Position numbers and translations under genes: made by a program. Below are positions 26,222 to 36,426 of a stretch of 64,000 nt of DNA, one piece after another. Origin of the DNA: Entomortierella parvispora E1425 (Eukaryota > Fungi > Mortierellomycota). Each line of letters starts with the position of its first letter. Position 1 is the stretch's first letter. Below the pieces are notes generated by a model that saw only the letters and a list, made by a program, of their open reading frames with translations, was not told the DNA's origin and did not search any database. The stretch lies in NCBI GenBank assembly GCA_020891255.1, contig BQFW01000006.1:2232001-2296000 (forward strand). The letters run 5' to 3'.

Positions 26222-26494
26222 GGTTGGAATTAAGAGTGGGGAGGAGAGGAGAGAGTTGGTATAATAATAATAATAAGTTTCTCAAGTGTCCGGAGGAGGG
26301 AGGTTGGCAAGAGCAAGCCCGGACGCAAAGTCGTTCGAGGTAGAGGTAGACGAAGAGGTAGGTGGGGTGAAGGAGAGATGGAGAGGAGCGGAGGGAGCGA
26401 GCCTTTTAAACAAAAGACGAGAGAGGCGACTCCATCCTGATCGCCAGTGGTCGCCCATCACCGCGCTGTGAGTGGTGCTCTTGCTCAGAGCGAG

Positions 26495-26542
26495 ATTACT
26501 CACAGGCCATGGCCGTCACACTCCAGCACACAAATTACTCAC
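26495..26542. promoter_or_regulatory. Duplicated ATTACTCAC (bZIP AP-1/Gcn4-like) element in the ILV2/ILV5 divergent promoter
   Basis: Exact 9-mers at 26495-26503 and 26534-26542 in the 494-bp intergenic region. Confidence 0.4.
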
Positions 26543-26715
26543 TGGCGCAAAATCTTGTTTCTGGGCCTGCGACGCATGGATCCCTTTTAACTCGCTCGAT
26601 TCGCTGTCTTTCCACCCTTCTTCTTTCTTTCCATCTTCACTCCTCTCCTCTCCTTCTCTTCTGCTATCTCACCCCTTCTCCCCCCTCTTCCCCTGTATAT
26701 ACTCTTACCTCTATA

Positions 26716-28027
26716 ATGAGCTTCGCTGCCCGTTCTGCTTTCCGCCAGTTGACCCGTGTCGCTGCTGCTGCCCCCAAGACCCGCTCCTTCTCGGTCCTTG
26801 CCCGTGCCGCCACCACTGCCCAGCTTCCTCGCGCTGCTGCCTGCAAGGTAACTTGGACTTTTTCTCTTTGGATCTCGTTCGATCTCTTATCATTCTGGAT
26901 GCTTGGATGACCTTATTGACTCAAGTTGTGTTTCTTTCTATTCTCTGTTGTGTCTACAGGTTGCCTTCAACCAGACTCGCGGCGTCAGGACCATGGACTT
27001 TGGTGGCACCAAGGAGGTTGTCTACGAGCGTTCGGATTACCCTCCCGCCAAGCTCCAGGAGACTTTCAAGGATGATACCCTGACCGTTCTCGGTTACGGC
27101 CCCATGGGCCGTGGTCAGGCCCTCAACTTGCGCGATAACAAGCTCAATGTCATCATTGGATCCCGCAAGGGTGCCTCCTGGGACAAGGCCGTCTCGGAGG
27201 GTTGGGTTCCCGGCAAGAACCTCTTTGAGATCAACGAGGCTTGCGAGCGTGGTACCGTCATCATGAACTTGCTCTCCGATGCTGCCCAGTCCAAGCTCTG
27301 GAACGAGATCAAGCCCTACCTTACCAAGGGCAAGACCCTCTACTTCTCCCACGGTTTCTCGGTCATCTATTCCGAGGATACCGGTGTTGTCCCTCCCAAG
27401 GATATCGATGTGATCCTTGTTGCCCCCAAGGGATCCGGAACCACTGTCCGTAACCTTTTCCTTGAGGGCCGCGGTATCAACGGATCCGTTGCCGTTTACC
27501 AAGATGTCTCTGGAAAGGCCAAGGAGCGTGCCGTCGCCCTCGGCGTCGGTGTTGGTACTGGATACTTGTACGAGACCACCTTCAAGCGGGAGGTCTACTC
27601 TGATCTCTATGGTGAGCGTGGAGTGTTGATGGGCGCTATCCAGGGTCTGTTCGTTGCTCAGTACGAGGTTCTCCGTGCCCACGGTCATACCCCCTCGGAA
27701 GCCTTCAACGAGACTGTGGAGGAGGCTACCCAGTCCTTGTACCCCTTGATCGGAGCCAATGGCATGGACTGGATGTACGCCAACTGCTCGACAACCGCAC
27801 AGCGTGGTGCCTTGGACTGGTGGAAGCGTTTCCATGACGTCTCCAAGCCCGTCTTTGAGGAGTTGTACGAGTCTGTTGCCAACGGCACAGAGACGAGACG
27901 CTCGTTGGCCAAGAACTCTACCCCCAACTACCGCGCCGAGTTGGAGGCCGAGTTGGCCGAGATTGCCAACCACGAGATGTGGGTCACTGGCAAGTCTGTC
28001 CGCAAGCTTAGACCTGAGAACCAGTAA
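26716..28027 (+). CDS. ILV5: Ketol-acid reductoisomerase, mitochondrial
   Basis: Presequence MSFAARSAFRQLTRVAAA, intron 26848-26960, then NLLSDAAQ, LYFSHGF, VAPKGSG, SDLYGERGVLMG, EAFNETVEE and NCSTTAQRGALDW. Confidence 0.97.
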
Positions 28028-28467
28028 AGATAGGGGGGGGGTTCTGTGATCCAGTTCATAAATCGCATTGCTTTTCACTTGTAATATCAATAAAAAAAAC
28101 CAATCATGTAGCAACAGTACTTCTCTGGTTTCCTTTGAGATCTTATCATCCAACGAATCGATAGCGTCCGTGTGGAGAGAGGACTGCCATCGATCACAAA
28201 AAGAGCCCTGCACATGCCAGCGCAGGTCAAGATCGCCACCAACCTAGTGCTCTGCCAAAGACAGAGGTTAGTCATGGATAGGGAGATGAGCAGGCTATCA
28301 CAGGAGGTGCCATCATCCCTCGTCATCGCTGCCCCCGAAGCCCTCCACCTCGCTTCTCTTTCTTTTTCTATTCCCCAGTCAACTCTTGCTTCCTCCTCGA
28401 TCTCCTCATTCTTGTACTCCTTCTTGCCACTCATCTACATCATTCGGAGCGAAGCGTCTCTTTGACA

Positions 28468-29664
28468 ATGTCGTTCTTCAGGGCCATTGTCAACCAGCCC
28501 GCCCTTGCGCTGACCAAGGCCGCAGCAGTAAATCCTGGATAGTGGTCGACTGAGATCTGTTTATTTGACAAGTCTCTCACTATTCTTTTTTGTTGTTCTC
28601 GTACTAGGTAACGGCAGTGGCGGCATCTGTCCGATCTCCAAGACTTGTCCTTCCAACAATCATCCGTCATTCGTCGTCTGCCAGCGCCGCCTCTGATTCA
28701 TCTGGTGCTGATCATGGGTACGACCAAACAGAGGTGTCTCGGCAAACAAAGAGGCGCCACGTCCATCCCCTTCGATCCCGCGACTCTCTCGATCCAACCC
28801 GACCCTCGGCTGCAGAAGCCGTTTCCCACATCCTGTACAACACACCTGGTGATCAGCAGGAAAGACGCCAGCGTCATGTCCTCAATTGTTTGGTCCAGAA
28901 TGAACCCGGGGTGTTGAGTCGCGTGGCGGGAATCTTGGCCGGACGCGGGTTCAATATCGACTCGTTGGTCGTGGCCAAGACTGAGGTCACGGATCTGAGT
29001 CGGATGACGATCGTTCTAAGAGGCGAGGATGAGACGGTGGAGCAAGCTAGACGGCAGTTGGAGGACCTGGTAAGATTGACAAGATGAGAGAGAGAAAAGA
29101 GGCAATCTTTGGATCATTGATCGTTCTTTTTTTTTTTTTTTTACTAATGGCGAGTTTCGATCCTTCCTTCATTCATTCTTCTAGATCCCTGTGTGGGCCG
29201 TATTGGATTACACGGGATTCAAACTCATCCAACGCGAACTGTTGCTCGTCAAGGTGTCCATCCTCGGGCCCGAACATGTCCACATGCAGAGATTTATCTC
29301 TGCCTCGGTTCCACTCCCACAACATCAACAGCAGCACCTCCAGCAAGAGCCAGCAATGTCACCTTCCAAGGCCTTGATCCAAACACAAGACCACCTCGGT
29401 TCCTTGACAGAGCTGAGTAAGCTCTTCCAAGGCCGTGTCGTCGATGTCAGCAGCGACTCTGTGGTCCTGGAGATGAGCGCAAAGCCTGATCGGATTGATG
29501 CATTTATCAAACTGGTCAAGCCCTTTGGGATTCTGGAGGCTGCTAGAAGCGGTATGATGGCCATGCCTCGTTCGCTCATCCACGATCTCTATGAAGGTCT
29601 CGAGCAGGATCAGGCCCAAGAGGAAGGATCGGGTGTCGATGCTGCCTTGTTGCCACCTGGTTAA
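28468..29664 (+). CDS. ILV6: Acetolactate synthase regulatory (ACT) subunit, mitochondrial
   Basis: Presequence MSFFRAIVNQPALALTKAAA (intron 28528-28607), ACT domain LNCLVQNEPGVLSRVAGILAGRGFNIDSLVV, RELLLVKV, FGILEAARSG and C-terminal LPPG. Confidence 0.96.
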
Positions 29665-29910
29665 AAGTTGCCAAAAAAAAACATCTATCCCTCAACCGAT
29701 AGCATTCATACCTCAGAATTGCATTTCACCATCGCATTAAAAAAAGTCTTGAAGACTCGAACCGATCTACAAAATGGCTAATATTTATTGACAATTAAAT
29801 GTACAAGTTTGGGGGGGATAAAATAAAGGACAGACAGAACAAATAAAGCGAGCAGGGGGACAACATAGAGGAGGGGGGAGTTGAGGGGATATACAGGTAT
29901 GCAACGTTTT

Positions 29911-31310
29911 CTAAAAGTCAATGTCATCCTTGAGCATGCCGCCGCCAAGCTGCACCTTCTCGCCAGGCTGGAATGCAGGCATGCCAGTGTATGGACATGA
30001 TCCACAACGGAAGGCATCTCCGAGATAGCAGTTTCCACATGAAGACTTTGGCTGCAAGGCCTTTGGCACAACCTCAGTGATGGCCGACTCCTTCCACCGG
30101 TTGGCGTTTGAGGCGACAATAGCCTCTTGAGGGACAGGTCCTGCAGAGGAATCAGTCATATCCACATCTCCTTGCTCATCCTCGGGCTCGCCCTCAGACT
30201 CCATGCCGCAGGTGCAGTTCTTGCACTTCTTCTTCTTCAGGCTGTTGGGCCCGCACTCAGGTGCCTCCAATTGCTCCTTTGTGGGTTTGACCAAATCCGA
30301 TTCATCCAGCAAGTCATCCTCATCCTCGAGTTCCTCATCATCGTCATCGTTGGCAGAGATGGTCCAGACAGCAGCCTTGTTGACCTTGGGGGCGACGACA
30401 GCAGGGGCAGCGGGAGTCGAGGCAGCAGCAGCAGCACGCTTCTTTGCCCAAGGCAATGCGGCAGCAGCGCCTAGTTCATAAGCAGGTTTCTTGGCCGAGA
30501 TCTAGAAAGGAAGAAAGAGTCCGAGCAATTAGTAAGTGATTGCACCACCAAAAAAAAAAAAAAAAAAAAAAATAGATGCCTATCATCTCGGACAAGAAAA
30601 TATGAGCACGCCAGCCCATTTGAGATTGAAAGGACGGTCAATCTTACCTCGACAAACTCGATCTGGTCCTTGAGCGCAGCAACATCGGTCTGGACACCCC
30701 AGGCCTGGATCAATCCTGCAATCTCTTGCTCGGAAGCCCTACGTTGGTTTACCACCGTGACCTCAACAAATCCCGAAATCTTGAGGGCCGAAACAAGATC
30801 GGCGCTCGAGCGTCCCAAAGTCTGGGCAATTCCGGAAGAGACAACCTGGGGATGGGCGGAAGCGGAGGCTGCGAGCACGGGCTCAGTCAAGGCCAATCCA
30901 CCACCGGGCAACAGAGTTCCAGCCAGGGCAGTAAGAACTGTGGTCGAGTGCTGATGGGCAGAAGGAGCAACTGCGCCAGTGACGATGGCATTGTAGGTAG
31001 ACTTTGGCAAGGGGACTAGAGGGAAGGAACAGACATAAGCGAGGATTTTTTAAAAAAGAGTTTTTTTTTTTTTTTTTTTTCCAGGAGTCAGCTTCAAGAC
31101 AGAGGGGAGAATGTAGAAACAACAGGAACATTGGTCCTTACTGGAGGCAAGACGGTCAAACTGCTCAAAGTTGACAGAACCCTGGCTACCAACGGAGGCA
31201 AGAATTGAGTCGCGAGCCTGGGTCAGGTCTGTGGCCGAGGCCGAGGCTGTGCCAACGAGAAGGACCTTGTGTCCTTGGCTGACAAGGGATGAGGTAGCAA
31301 CAGGGGACAT
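29911..31310 (-). CDS. DRE2: Fe-S cluster assembly protein Dre2/anamorsin
   Basis: C-terminal Cys motifs [17 protein letters not shown] and [31 protein letters not shown]; N-terminal methyltransferase-like domain; two introns. Confidence 0.95.
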
Positions 31311-31785
31311 TCTTGAAAATGTGTAAAGTTGGGGAAGGGTGAAGGGTTGCCGAGTGGTTAGAATGCACAGGAGGCTAGGAAATGAAAGAGGGATGCGGGA
31401 CAAGAGAGATAGAGGAAGAGGGAGACGGGCACAACAGAAGAGATGAATGGAAGTTCGGTGATGAAAAGAGAGTGAATGTAGAGACCACAAAAAGACTCAT
31501 ACATATCATTGTGGAGGATTTGTCATTGGTGGTGGCGGATGCTTGCACCCACGTGACTACTTCGGAAATTCACAGTGTATACGATGAAAGCAATTCTGAT
31601 ACGTATTGCCCTGGCCTCTTGGCCTGTCAGGATCCCGTCCTGATCAGTGATCAGGTGAAGGCCGAGCTACCGCTGCATTCAAGTTCGCATTCATTCCAGG
31701 AACCGACCCCACCCCACCCGAACACACTCGACAACTTCGGAATCACTCACCTCCACCCGCCTACCTACATACATATCTATATACC

Positions 31786-32241
31786 ATGCGCCAGAACTTC
31801 CTTGGAGTAGTCGTCGGAACAGCCATGCAGAAGACCGTCAAGGTCCGAGTCATGAGCCAAAAAGTGCATCCTATCGTCAAGAAGGTATTACAATCGGGCG
31901 CTGGATCATTTCAGCAGGGATCAGCAGGATTGTCCCTTTCTGTCAAGAGCAAAAGGAGATTGACTACAGGAGATTCTACCCTGATTCTTCAATACGAACA
32001 CAGAGCTCAGAGGGAAGATCTTGGATTTTTTTTTGGTGGCACTGGAACTAACCGTGTGGATATCAATCATTGAAAATAGACCTACAAATCATTCAAGAAC
32101 TACCTTGTTCATGACGAGGCATCAAAGTGCAAGTTGGGAGATGTTGTCAGAATTGAGGCTTGCAGACCCTTGAGCGCAAGGAAACATTTCACCGTTGCCG
32201 AGATTGTTGCTGCCTCCAAGGTGTGGGAGCACACCAAGTAA
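31786..32241 (+). CDS. MRPS17: Mitochondrial ribosomal protein uS17m
   Basis: [22 protein letters not shown]...HPIVKK|[37 protein letters not shown]; intron 31885-32079. Confidence 0.9.
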
Positions 32242-32718
32242 GCAAGTTGGATGAGAAAAACTCGGGATCAACTTGGAAACGAGTGCCTTTCAACAACAAC
32301 AACAGCGACAACACACTGCACCACCAACCACTTCCAAAATATTACTGCATCGCCTGGAATAAAACCAATTCATCTATTTGTACATCACAAATTCTTGCTC
32401 GATCAGGATATAAGGCTGCTCAGTGGCGCAACCAGGACATGAAAGGCCCAGCTGGTTCATTGCGGAGATCCAGAGAGATCCGATAACATATCGCCTTCAA
32501 CAGTTTTTTCAAAAGAGGGAAAGTGGTTGCGACTAAAGGGCAGCACAAAGCAGCAGAGCGTTTGTTTGATTTTTGTATGCTGTTATTGAAAAGTATATAT
32601 ATGTACAGTGATTATTTATGCTAGGATGCTAAAGCGGATGAACGGAAGGGTGCGGGGAATGGGAGAGAGAGAGAGAGAGAGAGACAGAGGAAGACAGAGG
32701 CAGGAACGGAAAGCTGGC

Positions 32719-35303
32719 TTATGGGGCCCAGGTCTCGCGATGGAAATCGACCGCCCAGTTGGCCAGCTTTGTCTGCTTCTCGATCATGTCCACAAATCCA
32801 TCGGGTCCACCTCCAAAGACGGAAACCAGACCATGGTCCTTATCTTTGGATCCGACACCGGCGTCGACAAACGTCTGAATGGCCTTCTTAACATCGAGGC
32901 GACCCCTGGAGTAGACAACATCGCCTTCATCCCAGTTGCCATCCTCAATCGCAAGGCGCTCGTCTTCCGTGGCCAGATCAGGGTAAGGCAAACCACCCTT
33001 CTCCAAATCACGGCCGCGACGCATCAGGATCTTTCTTGCCAACCAAACAGCAAAGTAACCAGCAATAGACGAAATAATGATCTGGATAGTACCAGGGATC
33101 AAGCCATAAGTCCAGCGACATTGAGCCTGGATAATAGTACCACGCTTCTTGGTTGTAGGGCACCAGTTGGAGGGGCCTTCCCAAGGGACCGAGCGAGCCA
33201 CACACCAAGCGGCGAGAGGGATAAAAATCAGGATACAAGTCATCAACAGGTCAAGCTTGGCCCATTTGGTTGCGACAGAGACGGATCCGGAGGCTTGGAA
33301 AGTAGGCAGAGGCTGGTCGTTATAGGTCATGGCACGAGTAGGATGGGCAGACGACTTGGGCTCGACGCCTTCCTTCGCAAGCTCGCAGCCTTCCTCAACA
33401 ATATCGTCCAAACCGACGACGGTGTGAACAGACTCAGAGCGGTGGATGGAGGATTCTTTGCTGTTGGTCTGGGTCTCTTCAGCAGACGCATCGACTTGAG
33501 GATCCCTGGGGTGGACAGGCGACTTTTCGACATCAGAGGCAACAATGGTACGACCAGAAAGAGCGCGCTTGAGCATGGTGCCGGTGCGCTTGAAGGAGGC
33601 AAAGCGCTTCTTCTTGTCCTTCTTCTTGAGTTGACCGGGAACCATGATATCATTCTTGACAACGTGGGCGTGGGCACCCATCAACGTCTGAGGCTTGTCA
33701 GGGCGGGAGACATAGATCTCGACGTGCAACCAGCTGGTGAATCGAGGATCACGGGTGATCTGGTGCAAGAAGGAACCATAGGCGTGCAACTCACTGCGAG
33801 TGCGGAACGTGCAGATCAAATGCAATTGCATGCGAAGAGGCTCAGGCGAGGCGGCGATCTGGGCGGCAATGGCCTTGATCAAGGACATGAAGGTGGTAAT
33901 GGCAGCACCGGCGACAAAGATGATCACCGTCTCGGACTTGAGGTAGTCGTGGCGACGATCACCAAAGACACCATCGACATTGGCGCGCACACGGATGCGC
34001 TTATCTTCGTTACCACACAATCTAGCAAGGTTGCAAGTCCAGCTCAGCTTGGAATCCTCGAACGTACGGATGTAGAGAACCATCGAATAGGGATCCTCGG
34101 GCCAGTAAGAAGCAATTGTGAATGGATGGTAGACGGTTCCAATCTTGGGGATCTGGACTGAGATGTAATCGCCAGGATAGTAGGGCTTCATGGGCTCGGG
34201 CGATGTGAAGGTCATTCGGATAATATCCGCATCCGAGTTGAAGGTGCAGGTAGCCTCGGGCAAGATTGTGCGGGCTTGCATCATCTTGGGAACGAACCGA
34301 TCGACCAAGAAGAGAATGATACTGGGGAGGAGGTAATACCAGATCAAGACGCTTGGGTAATGGGTGATCATACCCACAAAGAACACTGCAGTCAAGAAGC
34401 GATGGGAGCTCAAAAACAAAAGGTAGCAGCGACGACGGATTTGAGGGATGGCACCCAGACCAAGGAGAACGACAGCACCGTAGGCAAAGACACCCATCAT
34501 GTTCAAAGTACCACGGCTGAGGTCATAGAAGTTGATGTCGGACGCGAGGCGACCTTCATTGCCCAAGAAAATGACATAGCCGATGGTGTGGACGGTACTC
34601 CAAAAGACGATGGCAACTCCCAGCCATCTATGCAAAGGCAAGATTTCAGAGTAGGTGAAACCAATGGCATGGAGCATGGACCGACGAAGGACGAGGAAAA
34701 GAATCATTGCACAGCAGGCAACGACGGAGTAGCCACTGGCGTTGCCAGCCATACCTGATGACCATGAAATAAAAACATTAATACAAGTTTTTTTTTTTTT
34801 TTTTTTTTTTTTGATCGAGACGGCGTGAGTAATGGGAACTTACGGGCAATGCCACCGAGGTTTCCAAAGCGCTGAATCATTCTTGGGGTGCCCAAGACCA
34901 TGGGGACCGTGAACCAGGCAATGTTCATGAGGACAGTGATGGCAACCATGATCCAGTACTTGACCGTGTATCCCCACCAGATATGTCTTTCCCAGAGGGA
35001 GATCTTTTGGGTAACGGAAGCAGGAGTGGTGACCTTGGCGATACTGTGCTGGAACTCGCGCTCAGCTCTAAAATAGTGGCCCCAGATGGTTGCGATATGT
35101 CCCAAGATCGAAGGCGCCATGCAGGCACCGAGCATGTAGTAATCACGCTCGCCATAGAAGTAAGCACTGGTGATCTTGGCTTGCCAGGTCAATTGGTAGT
35201 CGCCAAATAGATAGGCAATCGGAATCAGGGTGCAGATGATAATGAAGAGGTAGAAGGGTCTCATCATCCTAGGATATCTGATGGACTTGAGGGAGAAGGC
35301 CAT
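32719..35303 (-). CDS. Ferric/cupric reductase (FRD superfamily, FRO/FRE type), paralogue 1
   Basis: Four heme His (LHRWLG, TVHTIG, SSHRF, THYP), FAD motif YHPFTIAS, VDGVFG, IIFVAGAAITTF, and terminal GGPDG...DFHRETW. Intron 34755-34843. Confidence 0.9.
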
Positions 35304-36426
35304 GATGAAAATGCAACAAAGGGGAAAGAAACAAGGATGACAGGAATTCTATGGCGAGGGAATGGTGGAAGGGATGGGGGTGATGGAGGAGAGGGTGAGG
35401 GAAGACCGATCAGCTTTTTTTTTGTTTTTCCAATAAAGGACTCACAAAAGATCAGCCAAAGAGTGAAGGAAGGAGGAGGAAGAGGAGGAGGAGAAAAGGG
35501 TGAGGAGCAGGAAAGTTGGTGAAGATGTTCGGTCCTTTTTATAATGGTGAAAACAGATCGACGGAGACCGAGGAGACGGATCCGTCCAAATTCCGTTGTT
35601 TGGGGCGATTCAGCGATTTCAGCCATGGCCACCTGCATTTGTCTCCCTTTGAAGTTTGCAACAACGACCGTTTCTGTAAGGGACGGATAGGAAGAGCAAC
35701 AACGATGCGCGTGGAGAGAGTGGGAAAGGATTGGGGACAGGGATAAAAAAAAAAGACAGGTGGGCGGGGCACTGAACTGGGTATGATAGACTGAGTTTGC
35801 TCGATGACAGCAGAGACTGAACCCGACGCGCGCTGCTATTCGACGCTAATGGCGAGGATTCAATTGAATGGAGAGTGACATTAAACTAAACCGTGTCCTG
35901 TGTTCATGCTTGCTTGTGCCGCGTCGGCTCCGTTCTCGTCCGTCCAAGTTAGCAAGTATGGTACCGAAGGGCCGTAAAGGGCAAATGAGGGAGGGATGGA
36001 TGTCTCTGGGAGCTGTGTATTCCCTCTTTTCTTTTTTTCTTTCTTTTTCTTTCAATTTGACCTCCGCCCCTTTGTTCATGAACCAATGTCCCAATGAGGC
36101 ACACCAAAACAGAAACAGTTTTTGTTTGTCTTTGTAGATTCCTCTCATGTGCTTGCCCGCCAGATTGTTACTCATGGACTGGCCCAGACTGTGATCTGTG
36201 GTACATGTACCGCTGGATGGCCATGGTGTGTCTTGGATCAGGATCGCATGGCGAGATCGCTGACAACAATTGTATCGTTTGCGTAGACAATCGATCACCT
36301 TCACTACAAAGATGCAGGGGTGAGGATGGCGGTGAGCGAAGGTCTTGATGGTGAGAACCGATCGAGTCCGTGCCTGTTCTGGGAGTGGACGCAACAGCAG
36401 CTTTGAATCAGCGGCTAAGTTCTATT

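Noticed and set aside
23874-29664. Direct bacterial operon transfer as the origin of the ILV cluster
   Set aside because: Spliceosomal introns, mitochondrial presequences, fungal-type Ilv5/Ilv6 sequences and divergent orientation argue against a recent transfer. Phylogeny is still needed.
32608-34161. Long antisense ORFs over reductase 1, and likewise 42823-43722, 26954-28213 and 24684-25460
   Set aside because: Shadow frames of codon-biased genes. The two reductase shadows resemble each other only because the sense genes are paralogues.
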